64,000 nucleotides of DNA from Novakomyces olei (lineage: Eukaryota): contig JADEYG010000004.1 of the NCBI GenBank assembly GCA_016906335.1, positions 124,001-188,000 on the forward strand. Reading direction: 5' to 3'. Positions 25,202 to 36,237 of the stretch are shown here, piece by piece. The notes under the pieces are model-generated. The model was not told the DNA's origin. It searched no databases and was given only the letters and a program-made list of their open reading frames with translations. How positions within the stretch are numbered: the stretch's first letter is position 1; every line of letters starts with the position of its first letter. A program made the position numbers and the translations under genes.

Positions 25202-26263
25202 ATGACAAAGCCGACACTTTTGCTATTGGGCACAATCGTGCACGCTACGAAAGAATGGAACTCGCTTTCTTCTCTGGCAACGCTCAAGGTAAATAGACAG
25301 AGCAATTTTACTCTTCTTTTAAAGTCAGTGACTAACAAGCTGAAGGTGTGTGAGAGCAAGAACCGGGCCGAGTTTATACGCGACTGCAGCGGCCGCTACG
25401 CTGACGTCACAGGCATCTACCGCACATTTGCGTCTGCCAGTATTACGGGCCGGTTTGACGCCGATCTGGCATCGCATCTGCCTTCGAGCCTTAAATTCGT
25501 GGCTCACAATGGCGCAGGGTACGATCAGATCGACATTGCGCCTTTCACTGAGCGCGGGATTCTTATCGCCAACTGCCCCAAGGCCGTAGACGCTGCTACG
25601 GCAGACACAAACATGTTTCTCATCCTTGGCGCTCTGCGCAACTACAATTACGGGATCGAGAACCTGCGAGAAGGCAAATTCAAGAACGGAGTTCCCATCG
25701 CCCACGATCCGGAGGGGAAAGTATTGGGCATTTTGGGAATGGGCGGAATTGGACGCGCTGTGGCAGAGCGCGCTCGTGCGTTTGGTATGACTGTCGTCTA
25801 CCACAATCGCAAACCATTGAGCGAAGAATTAGCAGCGGGTGCAGAGTACGTCTCGTTTGACGAGCTGCTCGATCGCTCAGACGTCCTCTCGCTCAATTTA
25901 CCCCTCAATGCTCATACTCGCCATTCGATTGGCGCTCCACAGTTTGCTAAAATGAAGGACGGAGTTGTAGTTGTAAATACTGCTCGTGGAGCTGTTATCG
26001 ACGAGGCTGCCTTGGTCGACGCTCTCGACAGTGGTAAAGTGGCCTCTGCCGGTCTTGATGTGTTTGAGCACGAGCCGGAAATTCATCCTGGCCTGATGCG
26101 TAACCGTAACGTGCTCCTGCTCCCGCACCTGGGGACACACACTGTGGAGACGCAACACGCTATGGAGGCACTCGTTATTGATAATTTGCGTTCTGCCATT
26201 GAGACTGGGAAGCTTTTGACACCAGTCCCGGAGCAGCAGCATATTCAGAAACCATTGATTTGA
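25202..26263 (+). CDS. D-isomer-specific 2-hydroxyacid dehydrogenase (glyoxylate/2-ketoaldonate reductase, Gor1-like)
   Basis: HNGAGYDQID, GILGMGGIG, VNTARGAVIDE, AGLDVFEHEP, LLPHLGT. Has a 57-nt in-frame intron at 25289-25345; ATG at 25202 lies downstream of a TATA box. Confidence 0.93.
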   Translation: MTKPTLLLLGTIVHATKEWNSLSSLATLKVNRQSNFTLLLKSVTNKLKVCESKNRAEFIRDCSGRYADVTGIYRTFASASITGRFDADLASHLPSSLKFVAHNGAGYDQIDIAPFTERGILIANCPKAVDAATADTNMFLILGALRNYNYGIENLREGKFKNGVPIAHDPEGKVLGILGMGGIGRAVAERARAFGMTVVYHNRKPLSEELAAGAEYVSFDELLDRSDVLSLNLPLNAHTRHSIGAPQFAKMKDGVVVVNTARGAVIDEAALVDALDSGKVASAGLDVFEHEPEIHPGLMRNRNVLLLPHLGTHTVETQHAMEALVIDNLRSAIETGKLLTPVPEQQHIQKPLI

Positions 26264-27403
26264 GGGAGGGGTCTGGGGGGTTGGGTTTTTGCAAGTTTTT
26301 TTTTTTTTTTTTTTTTCTTTTTCCCTAATATACATAGCTTTACAACCCTCTTTTCCCCCATGTCTTTTGCCTATGGCTTTGCCAATGTCTTTGCCCACGT
26401 CTTTTGTCCTATTGTTATGTGCGCCCTCTACGTATCTGCACTGTTATTTGAAGACTGCTTTAGCTATACTCATTATTTTAGCAAAATTATCCTGCCTTCA
26501 GTGCTATATATACCCGCACTTTAGTCTCCTTACTAAGCGTTGAAACAATATATCCGGCCGTGAGAGCGAAAAGTTCGTCGTATTGAAAAACGCCATTGTA
26601 GTTGTATTGACAGCCTTCCAGGACTCCACTACCAATCCGGCACAAAGCCAATGCCCAATATGGTCAACGAGAAATTGTACAAAGTGCAATCATTTGTATC
26701 TAGTTCAAACCGAAATCTACTAGACCCAAATGCCGTAGGCTAAGCTATACATTTAAATTCAAGACTATACAATCCTCCCCTCTTCGTTTGATTCAATAAT
26801 TTTCATTATTTTGTATACTCAAATGCAGCTGTCAATTGCACTCTGCGATCCAAAACTCTTTTACACAAAAATACACAGACTATGGACCCCGCAGTAGGCT
26901 CCGCCAGAAGGTGAATGCCTCTCGCCCCCAGAATAGGGTGGAAGGTAGGGTAAATAAAGCAGGAGAAAAAGATGAAAGCCGTTTGCAAAACCATTCTGAA
27001 TACCAGCTGAAAAATAATTCTGAAAGGAAACGAGGTTAAATGATAAACTACTAATATAAAAAAATTAGAATAAAATACCAAGAAACGGGGAGGAAAAAGT
27101 GGATAAAATGTGAAAAACAAAGGAACAAAAAGTGGCAAACCAATAAAAAAAAATTAAATTAAAAGAAAAACAAAAACAAAAACAAAAAAAAAAAAACGCA
27201 TCTGCCGCCGTTGACTTGACCCTTGGAGAAGAAGCAAAACCAAAACCTTCCTTTGAAGAAGAATAGCAAAAAAAAAAAAAAAAAACAAACAAACAAACAA
27301 AAAAAAAAAACAAAAGCAATTAAACAAAATCAATCAAAACAATGTGCAAACGCGGGAGTATATGGCCGGTCCACTTGTAACCCGGCTACCAGCCAATCAA
27401 TCC

Positions 27404-29743
27404 TCACTGATCAAAATTGCCCTGGAACACGTCCCCATAGTCGTGGTACGTAGAATCGCCCTGGCCAGACTGATGATCGCCGTGCTGGCCGCCTTGCCGC
27501 TGGCCTTTCATCTCTTGCCGCTTCCGCTGGCGCCGACGCCGGCGCCGGCCGTCAGAGTCCTGGTCAGAGGACGCTCCGCCATCGTCGCTGCTATGGAAAC
27601 TATCATCATCATCATCCTCGTTTGTATCGTAGCCAGAACTGTTCTCATCGCCCTCCTGCATATCGGCGTCGGAGAGCTCTCCATTCCGACTCCGGCTAGC
27701 CTTGAGCCGGCTGCTGAAATTGCCCTTGTCAAAGTAGGACTGAGCATCGTCGACAAAAGTAAACCCCTTAAAATTTGCCTGCACAGTTGGACTCAGTGGG
27801 GTCGAGGCAACGACGGGCGGCAGTTTGCTTACTGGAGCATTTGTGAATTCAGTATCAAAATTGCTCGTGTCCTGTTCCCCGGATAAAGTAGGCTTGAACG
27901 GAGGAGCAATCTGTTTGTGGTACAGAGCTGTCCAATCAACGTCGGCAAAGAACGGGTGCTCCTTCAGCTCAGCAGCGTCCCGGTTTGCTCCGAGACGGTG
28001 ACGCGGGTTACGGTTCAGCAGACCTTTTACCAGGTTACGGCCCTCAAAGGATAACACGTCCTTGGGGAACCGTACTTTGCCAAAGGCAATATTCTTGTAC
28101 ATTTGCTGCGTGTCCTCTGCGTAGAAGGGACTCCATCCACAGCACATTTCAAAGACAAGGACCCCGAGGGACCAGAAATCAACAAGTTTTGTGTACCCGG
28201 AATCATCGAGCAGCACTTCTGGAGCCAAATACTCTGTCGTGCCACAAAACGTGTTTGTTGTAGCATCGGCGGACACGTTGGCCTTGCTCAGCCCGAAATC
28301 ACAGAGGGCGATATGGCCATTGGCATCGAGCAAAATGTTCTCTGGCTTCAGGTCGCGGTATATGATATCGTGGTTGTGTAAATGCTCCAGGGCAAGAACG
28401 AGCTCAGCGATGTAGAATTTAGCTCTTTCCTCCGTAAATTTGCCCTCGTTTTGCAGGTGCCAAAACAGCTCTCCGCCCGACATGTAGTCCGTCACGAGGT
28501 ACAGGTCAGTTGGGGTTTGGAAGGAGAACTTTAGGCCGACAATGAAGGGGCAATCGGCCATGGCTGTGCGCACAAGGATGTTGCGTTCCCCTATCGTATG
28601 GGCCACCTCCTTTTTCTGCACAATAACTTTCTTGGAGAGCACCTTCATGGCATAGATGCGCTGATTATCGTACTTGCGGACCTGGTAAACTTGGCCAAAT
28701 GTGCCCTTTCCGATCAGCTTTAGCACCTCAAAGTCCTCTGGGCCATAGTGCCTTTTGGCTACTTTTTCATACAGCATCTGCACCTCAATCTCTCCATGCC
28801 TGGCGGAGGACACGTGCCTGGGCAGACTGGAGGGCTTCTCCAGCCGGTACCACTGCGTACTTATCTGCTCATGCACCAGGACTGGCCGCACTCTTACCTG
28901 ACCCAAGAAATCCTCATTGTGGCGCTGGTCATAGACGGTCAGGTCTAGATCGCTCGACAGGCTGAGCACGTCAAACACGGCTTCATGGTTCCATACTGGA
29001 TTCGACGCTGAACTCGCCATCATCATTACATCATCGCCCTGGTGCCCACTGCCGCCTACATCAACTCCGCCACTGGAGACTCCGGCTCCAGCTCCAGTAG
29101 AGACTCCGGCTCCGGCTCCAGTTCCAGTAGAGACTCCAGCTCCAGAACCAGTTCCAGGACCAAGGCCAGGACCGCTCTTGTCAGAGGCGGCAGCAGTATT
29201 ACTGTCCAGCCGGCGGGTACTCATATCTCGAAGGCTCGTCGAGCTTGCCTGCCGGCCCTTGGGAATTGCTACACTATGTGCATTCCTGCTCTCTCCGCCT
29301 TTACTGCCATCAGCGTGCCTCGGGAACTCGAACCTGTTGGCCGGGCTTCGGCCAATAAACTCGTTGCTCTCAAACGTGGCAATGACGTAGGGCTCAGCGT
29401 CCCCGGAGGCTACCGGCAGGTCACGTGCACGTATAATCTTCACCATCAGCCGGCCAATAGGAGGCGTGATATTGGGGCCGTCGATGTTTGGACCGGCGCC
29501 TCCGTCGGCGGACACTGTCCCACGCGGAGTCCGCTGTGGCGTCATCGGCACTGCGTGCGGAGTCTGCACTCCCGACGGCAAATCCGTCATTACGTCATCG
29601 CTCTGGGCAGAAGTGCTGCCCGCCACATTTGCCCGCGGCTGCTGCGGTGGAGGCGTCGCCGTCTTTGGCGTCGATGCGCCTGAGCCAGGTTCCTTGGATG
29701 AGTGCTTGCCGTGGAAAAAGAGACTGCGTGCGAAATCGGCCAT
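27404..29743 (-). CDS. SCH9: AGC Ser/Thr kinase Sch9/Sck1 (C2 domain + kinase)
   Basis: GKGTFGQVYQVRK, KVIVQKKEVAHTIGERNILVRTA, TTNTFCGTTEYLAPE, CCGWSPFYAEDTQQMYKNIAFGKVRFP and the hydrophobic motif FKGFTF. Confidence 0.95.
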   Translation of the reverse strand: MADFARSLFFHGKHSSKEPGSGASTPKTATPPPQQPRANVAGSTSAQSDDVMTDLPSGVQTPHAVPMTPQRTPRGTVSADGGAGPNIDGPNITPPIGRLMVKIIRARDLPVASGDAEPYVIATFESNEFIGRSPANRFEFPRHADGSKGGESRNAHSVAIPKGRQASSTSLRDMSTRRLDSNTAAASDKSGPGLGPGTGSGAGVSTGTGAGAGVSTGAGAGVSSGGVDVGGSGHQGDDVMMMASSASNPVWNHEAVFDVLSLSSDLDLTVYDQRHNEDFLGQVRVRPVLVHEQISTQWYRLEKPSSLPRHVSSARHGEIEVQMLYEKVAKRHYGPEDFEVLKLIGKGTFGQVYQVRKYDNQRIYAMKVLSKKVIVQKKEVAHTIGERNILVRTAMADCPFIVGLKFSFQTPTDLYLVTDYMSGGELFWHLQNEGKFTEERAKFYIAELVLALEHLHNHDIIYRDLKPENILLDANGHIALCDFGLSKANVSADATTNTFCGTTEYLAPEVLLDDSGYTKLVDFWSLGVLVFEMCCGWSPFYAEDTQQMYKNIAFGKVRFPKDVLSFEGRNLVKGLLNRNPRHRLGANRDAAELKEHPFFADVDWTALYHKQIAPPFKPTLSGEQDTSNFDTEFTNAPVSKLPPVVASTPLSPTVQANFKGFTFVDDAQSYFDKGNFSSRLKASRSRNGELSDADMQEGDENSSGYDTNEDDDDDSFHSSDDGGASSDQDSDGRRRRRRQRKRQEMKGQRQGGQHGDHQSGQGDSTYHDYGDVFQGNFDQ

Positions 29744-30070
29744 TGCCGCCTACAGCTCGGACTTGCCGATTAAATCTCGGGATTGCCGATTAAAGCTCGG
29801 TCGGACTTGCCGAGTTGCTCTTTTGTCAAAGTGTGGACAAAGCCAGGCACACAGTTGGAAAGGCGATGTACCCTCTGCGTCTGTCGGGTTCTCGCCTGGT
29901 TAGAATCCTTGCACTATACAGTCAGTAATGCAAAGGGGAGGAGGAGACTTGCATTAGAGTGACGTACGTCTACGGCAGTTTCGCCAACCTATTTGCCAGC
30001 AAACTCTGAAAGATCGCTCTGCTCTGTCGCGGCACCTTTATCTCTCAACCGCCCAACACGGGTCCGCTCC

Positions 30071-30190
30071 TATAATATACCTATAATATAATAAAATATA
30101 CCTATAATATTATAAAATATACCTATAATATTATAAGATATACCTATAATATAATAAAATATACCTAATAATATATTTATAATATACCTA
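30071..30190. repeat. AT-rich ~21-bp minisatellite (ATATACCTATAATATWATAAR), about 5 copies
   Basis: Visible tandem array; a second array of AATATTCC-type units lies at about 30310-30380. Confidence 0.85.
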
Positions 30191-31169
30191 TCCCATAATA
30201 TACGGGCAACTGGAAAATTTCCATACTTTTTCGGAACCACAGTTGTATGTGGAGTCGTGGAAGCGGTAGAATAGACTATGGTGAAACAAGTATTCCACAC
30301 TTAATATTGGAATAATATAATAATATTCCAATAATTCCACATATTCCAATAATATTCCACATATTCCAAATAATATTCCACTCATCTACGTACCCATCAC
30401 GGACTCGATTGTGTCATATTGACACTTGATTTTGACATGTAATACGGCGGCGGGACACGGATAGGCGATTTTAATAAGCTTTCAGTGCATATGAATCAAC
30501 GTACCCGGTGGGCACGTTCCACGACGTAGTACGATACGTAAGCGAATGATAACCTCACTAGAATAAGGTTATATAAAATTAATTAATGAAATGAAATGGA
30601 AGAGATAGGCCCATCAATATTACCCTCGTAACCTATTTGGGTAATTTCATTTCTAGCTAGTATATAAGGCGACCTTCCTTGGCCCTGCTGGACAGGGCTT
30701 CCACTTTTTAATTTTGTGCTTTAGCTGCTATTTGTCATTGCCTATTTACCGCTACTTGTTGGCTAACTCGTGCTGTCTCGTGGTCTGCTATTATAGAGCG
30801 CGAGACATGTTTCAACAGCTGACACAATACAATACAACAATAATACAATAATTAGTACATTAATTAATACAATAATTAATAATTAATATAAAAAATTCAA
30901 TAGTTAGTACAATAATATGTAATAAATAATAATACCTTGAAACTGCCGTCATAAATAACGGCAAATTCCTATTGCAAACTGCTGAAATGCGTTGTGGACT
31001 TTGTTGACAATTAGACGGTGCGTTTAACTTTAAAGCGTCAATTGCTACAGACTGAGTGGAGCTGATTGCAGTTGCTCAACTACCGTCCACTCTTGCAACA
31101 CGACACGAAACTTTATATATATATAAGCCAAACCAATCGACGGTCTGTGCCTTTCAGCCTTCTGTACAT

Positions 31170-32129
31170 ATGCGGCTAGCACGTCTTATCATTGGAATAG
31201 CCTCAGTATGCCTTTTCCCACTGCTCGTAAAAGCCAGCCGGGGTGATCGGCTGCCGGCTTTTATCGATTGCCGCCAGGATTGCATACAAACAAGATGCTA
31301 TGAGGGCCATTCTGCCCTGCCGCTGCGTTTACGCCTTCTGCACTGGGACTGTGCGGACGAATGCGACTATGAATGCCAACGTGCAATTACGCTAAAGCTA
31401 AATGAGGCCCATTTTCGGGAGGAACAGTTCCATGGGAAATGGTACTTTATACGCGTCTGGCCCGGAGTGCAGGAGGGTTGCTCTGTAGTATTCAGCCTTC
31501 TCAATTTGGCCGCTCACGTATGGGGGCTACAGCAGATCAAGCAGCATGTGCCCCCACAATGGCCGTTTACCCGATCCTACCGGCTCTTTGCCTTTACCGG
31601 CATGAACGCCTGGTTCTGGTCGGCCGTTTTCCATACTAGAGATCTTGTCTTTACTGAGCGAGCTGATTATTTTGCTGCCGCCACGGCTGTAGTATACTCC
31701 ACACACTTGTCACTTGTCCGTGTGGCCCGTTTAGATCGGCGGAAAGGTGCTCTGGCCGTGTGGAACGCGTTTTGTATCGCGGCCTTGGCATTGCACATTT
31801 TATACCAGTCGCAAAGACCGGCATTTAATTATACGTACAATATGGCCTTCAATGTCGCTTTCGGCGTGTTTCAAAACACAGTGTGGTACTATTACTCTTT
31901 CTCAAAATTTGATACTCTGCCTCTATGGTCCCTGTTGCCAGCGGGCGCATGTACCGCTGTCACTTTGGCAATGGGACTGGAGTTGTTTGATTTTCCGCCA
32001 CTCGCTCATTTGCTGGACGCTCATGCGCTCTGGCACCTGGCCACGGCTCCGATATACGTGGTCTGGTACAGGTTCCTTGTTCGCGATGCCAATTATCACT
32101 ATACTTTGCACCATAAAACAGCTTCCTGA
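31170..32129 (+). CDS. PER1: GPI lipid-remodelling protein Per1/PGAP3
   Basis: Signal peptide, then ASRGD..F..C...C, WDCADECDYECQ, QFHGKWYF.R, NAWFWSAVFHTRD..TERADYF, LELFDFPP and DAHALWH. Confidence 0.94.
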   Translation: MRLARLIIGIASVCLFPLLVKASRGDRLPAFIDCRQDCIQTRCYEGHSALPLRLRLLHWDCADECDYECQRAITLKLNEAHFREEQFHGKWYFIRVWPGVQEGCSVVFSLLNLAAHVWGLQQIKQHVPPQWPFTRSYRLFAFTGMNAWFWSAVFHTRDLVFTERADYFAAATAVVYSTHLSLVRVARLDRRKGALAVWNAFCIAALALHILYQSQRPAFNYTYNMAFNVAFGVFQNTVWYYYSFSKFDTLPLWSLLPAGACTAVTLAMGLELFDFPPLAHLLDAHALWHLATAPIYVVWYRFLVRDANYHYTLHHKTAS

Positions 32130-32423
32130 TGCATACTTTGTGTTGATAAATTCATTCAATGTCACAGTTATTCAAAGGCCCACGCTAGCAGTATGAAACG
32201 AACCACCAAGTGGAATCGCAGGCGACAGGAGGCACCTCTCCTGAACAACTGAAAAGTTTTATTCCGAACGTTTCTCAACAAAGTCTAGTACCTTTCGAGT
32301 CTCGGATTGAGCAAACTCTTTCCCTACAGGAGCGAACGAAGCGTTAGTCACACCTCGTACAAACCTAATCTTGTCTCTGTAAAAAGACAATTAGTTATTT
32401 TATAGTAATAACAAAACATTTAT

Positions 32424-32454
<31 letters not shown>

Positions 32455-32554
32455 AATAATTATAATAATAATAATACCTTAGCTTGTGCATGCATTCATT
32501 AATTACTATTCTATGGTGTTATGCTTTTTGGCCCACGCCTAATCCCTATTTTGC

Positions 32555-34503
32555 CTATGTAATCAGATCAGCCACTTTGAAAGCAAGTTCGTCCGCTTCC
32601 GCACGTGTGGCTGCTTCCGCGTAAACGCGTACAACATTCTCTGTCCCACTTGCTCTTACAAACGCTCGGCCTTGATTGTACTTGGCTACTATAGCGTCGA
32701 TACGCGTCTGCAGCCCCTCCGGTGCCACGAGTCTCCGTTCAGCGTCTGTTGTCTTGAAAGCAGCACGTGACTGTACGGGTTTGCGCATTAACCGTGACGG
32801 CAGATCCGTATAAGCAGCATCCCACTCTTGAACATCCCACCCCTTTTGAGCAAGAATCAGTTCAATCAGGAGCAAATCGCAGAGCGCATCGCCTACTGTC
32901 TGATTCATCAGCTGAACGAGTCGCTGAAGAGCCAATTGTGCTGTCCTTTGCGCTGGTGATTGTGGCACATAAGCTTCTAACTGTGAAACTGCAGCTGTGG
33001 AAAATAGTACGGTGCCGTGTCCGTTTGCCTCGAAATATACACCACAGTCGAACCTTTGTGCTGCGTGATGCAGATGCTTTACTCCCGTGGGGACACAGAC
33101 AACGGGCACTTTGAGCGTTTGCTCCAAGTACAGTGTGCTGTTGCCATTAGCATACGCAGTCTGTACGACGCCCACTGTCCAGTCAATTCCGGCGCTGCGA
33201 ACGAGATCCATAACGTACATACACGCCAGCCCGGCAATTTTGTCTCCGTCAAGCAGATGAAAAGCGCCATTGGCCGCCGTGAAATAGTAAACCAGCCGGT
33301 CAGCGTCTCCGTCGAGGGAAGATGCTCGCTGCAGTGGGGGAAGAGACGGATTGGGAATCCGCTGAATCGTCTTCACATAATCAGCTCCACACTGAGCGTT
33401 CAGCTTTTCCGGAGAGTCACATGCGGTATTGACAAGCTGGATTTTGAGTGACTTTAAGTTTTGGGCGAGTTTGAGCAGTTTCGGTGCTCCCACTCCGTTT
33501 GCACAGTCAACGACCACCGGAGTTTGGGCTGTTGAACCGTCCATCAGCGCATTGAAGGCACTAGTAATTTTGTCATAGTAGCCCTGCTCAGTCGGGTCAC
33601 CATACGCGGCATTTGTGCCCAGCGTGTTTACGCAACGCGTTATATAGTGTAGCTGTGGGGTTGTCAACAGCCCAAACGGCTTGACTTGCGCACCAAAGGC
33701 TTCCGCTCCCTCCGTGAACGTCTGCGCCAGGCCGGGCGACGATGATCTGGTAACGTTAGCCTAAACACGTAATAGTGTAAACAACGTAAACAAAGTAATA
33801 GTGTAAACAACGTAACGGTCTGCTGTTGAACAATGAAAAAGAGAGTTGGCATTTGATAAATAAGGCAGCGAAAACAAGGCAGCAAAAAAGGCAGCAAAAA
33901 AGGCAGCAAAAAAGGCAGCGAACGACACGAATATTTCAAAGCAGAAATTGAGCGATTACAAAGCCGAGCTGTGGCAGCAACAAAGTAAATAATAAAATTA
34001 AAGCCAGAGAGCAGAGCCAAGTAAGCTTACCGGGTATCCCAGGCCAGCAAGAGATGCGCTGGTGCCGACAAGTCCACTTTTGCAGAAGCGGCAACGGCCT
34101 CGATAGTAGCGATAAGCTCAGTATCCTCTGCGCCAGCCAGAGCGGCCGCGTGCTCTTCCCAAAGGGGCTCCAGCATTTCGCCCAAGGGATCAACGATCTT
34201 TACGCCATTGTCAGACGCTGGATTATGACTCGCCGTGATCATAATGCCAATGCTCTGGCCGAGAAGCGACTTTGAGCGTAGCACTGCCGTCAGTGCAGTA
34301 CGGAAAAGCACTGGGTCCAAGGTGTCGGCACTAGTTTTAAGTCAGCAATGGCACACGTGCAACCAAAGGGCACAGGACAAAGAACTGTCCTGCAGTCAAT
34401 CTTACTTTGCCCTAAACCCGGCCGTTCCGTACGCGCAAACGGCGCCCGCGGGTTTAGGGTGCCGTTTTGCGGCTTCCGTGATTGCAGCCCACTCGAAGCT
34501 CAT
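32555..34503 (-). CDS. PCM1: Phosphoacetylglucosamine mutase (3 exons)
   Basis: AYGTAGFR, GIMITASHNP..DNGVK, DTR, TTPQLHY, SLDGDADR, GVYFEANGHG and FVRASGTENVVRVYAEA. Confidence 0.95.
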
Positions 34504-34685
34504 CTCACGATCGACCTAACCTTCAGAGACTGTGGTAAATAAAATAAATGTGGAATACAAGGCTAATTATAAGTACTGGAGAGCTCCCAAATTCTATAGA
34601 GAAATAGGAATACTACCATAATACAGCAATTAAAAAATAACTGTATAATTGTATAATTGTATAATTGTATAATAATTGAATAGAT

Positions 34686-35035
34686 GATGCAGATAAGCTT
34701 TTGACATTGAACCCGACCTCACAATCGATGGCGCTATAGAGCGTATGATCGCGATACTAGTACGCTAAATGACGCCAGAGCGTTTCGATTGTCGAATAAA
34801 AGGGCGATTAATGAGTATGGGCAATCTGCATCGATAATGTAGAGATATGTGCCAATATCTCCGTGATCTGGCAGGCAACAAAAGTAATGTTTTTATTAAG
34901 CATACACTTGTATGTTGAAATATGACTCTATTATCCCCTTATTTGTCTTTTGTTTACCCTCTTTAGCCAGATACATCTATTGTGCGTGGTTGTCTCGGGC
35001 TGTTTGACTGGATCTTTGTCTGACAACGCATAATA
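34686..35035 (+). ncRNA. Candidate structured non-coding RNA: ~147-nt nested stem-loop plus downstream hairpins
   Basis: Nested complementary blocks GATGCAGAT/ATCTGCATC, CATTGA/TTAATG, ACAATCGA/TCGATTGT, GCGCT/AGCGT and AGCGTA/TACGCT; no ORF of note. Confidence 0.35.
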
Positions 35036-35558
35036 CTTTATATATACAGCTCGAGTGAACTCGTAGATTTTTGGGGATTCAGCTGATGCTTTCGTGATTT
35101 GTTTATTCAATATTCAGCCAGAAGAACATTTTCCAACATATAATTACAGCAATGTACATTATGTATATATGATGGTATTTAAAACGCTCGTTTTATTTAC
35201 AAAAATATACACTTGGCAATGACGATACCGCAGGGTATTGGTATGGCGATTCGCTGTTCTCTACTAACGCTCATGTCTTTTGGCTGAGCGGGCGTCTGTG
35301 TCAAATGACAACGACCCTTCTGCATCATTCTTATTCTGAGCCAACCGTGTTTGTAAGGCTGTTTTTAAGGCTGGCTGTTCTGGACGAGCACCGTAGCGGA
35401 AATTGCCTCCCATCCTCCTACTTGGGCTCACATGAAGACTGAATCAAGCTGACAATTGCCGACTACATGCGATAGCAGGCGAGTAGAGAAATCTAATTTA
35501 CAGCTGCTGCTTATTAGATCCGGTGTTCGTGCCAGCATTGCGTCTTTTGTGTCTATTA

Positions 35559-35560
35559 TA

Positions 35561-35635
<75 letters not shown>

Positions 35636-35644
35636 ATGAATGAA

Positions 35645-35711
<67 letters not shown>

Positions 35712-35720
35712 ATGAATGAA

Positions 35721-35763
<43 letters not shown>

Positions 35764-35772
35764 ATGAATGAA

Positions 35773-35855
<83 letters not shown>

Positions 35856-35864
35856 ATGAATGAA

Positions 35865-35915
<51 letters not shown>

Positions 35916-35928
35916 ATGAATGAATGAA

Positions 35929-36007
<79 letters not shown>

Positions 36008-36072
36008 ATGAATGAATAAATAAATAAATAAATGAATAAATAAATAAATAAATAAATAAATATAAATAAATA
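35559..36072. repeat. ~0.5-kb (AAAT)n microsatellite interrupted by GAAT units
   Basis: Directly visible downstream of the RRP3 stop. Confidence 0.97.
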
Positions 36073-36237
36073 TTTTTGTTTTTTGTTTTTATTTTTTTTT
36101 GGTTTTAGCGTCTATAAGATTTACTCGAATTCAAGGTATACAATTACAAATTGAGACGATTAAGCGATCTTTCTTTTGTATTACAAACATTTAATTATTT
36201 TTATTTTAAAACAAATAATAGCTATTCCTGGTATCAT

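Noticed and set aside
27344-29903. Long antisense ORFs over SCH9 and other GC-rich genes
   Set aside because: Shadow ORFs from codon bias, with no motifs and mostly non-ATG starts.
30585-30720. Hairpins and an Sm-like AATTTTGTG after a TATA in the SCH9/PER1 spacer
   Set aside because: No snRNA or snoRNA signature motifs, and the stems are short enough to arise by chance.
35264-35413. 49-aa ORF on the - strand (MGGNFRYGARPEQ..)
   Set aside because: Short, no recognisable motif, and I could not build an in-frame spliced extension.
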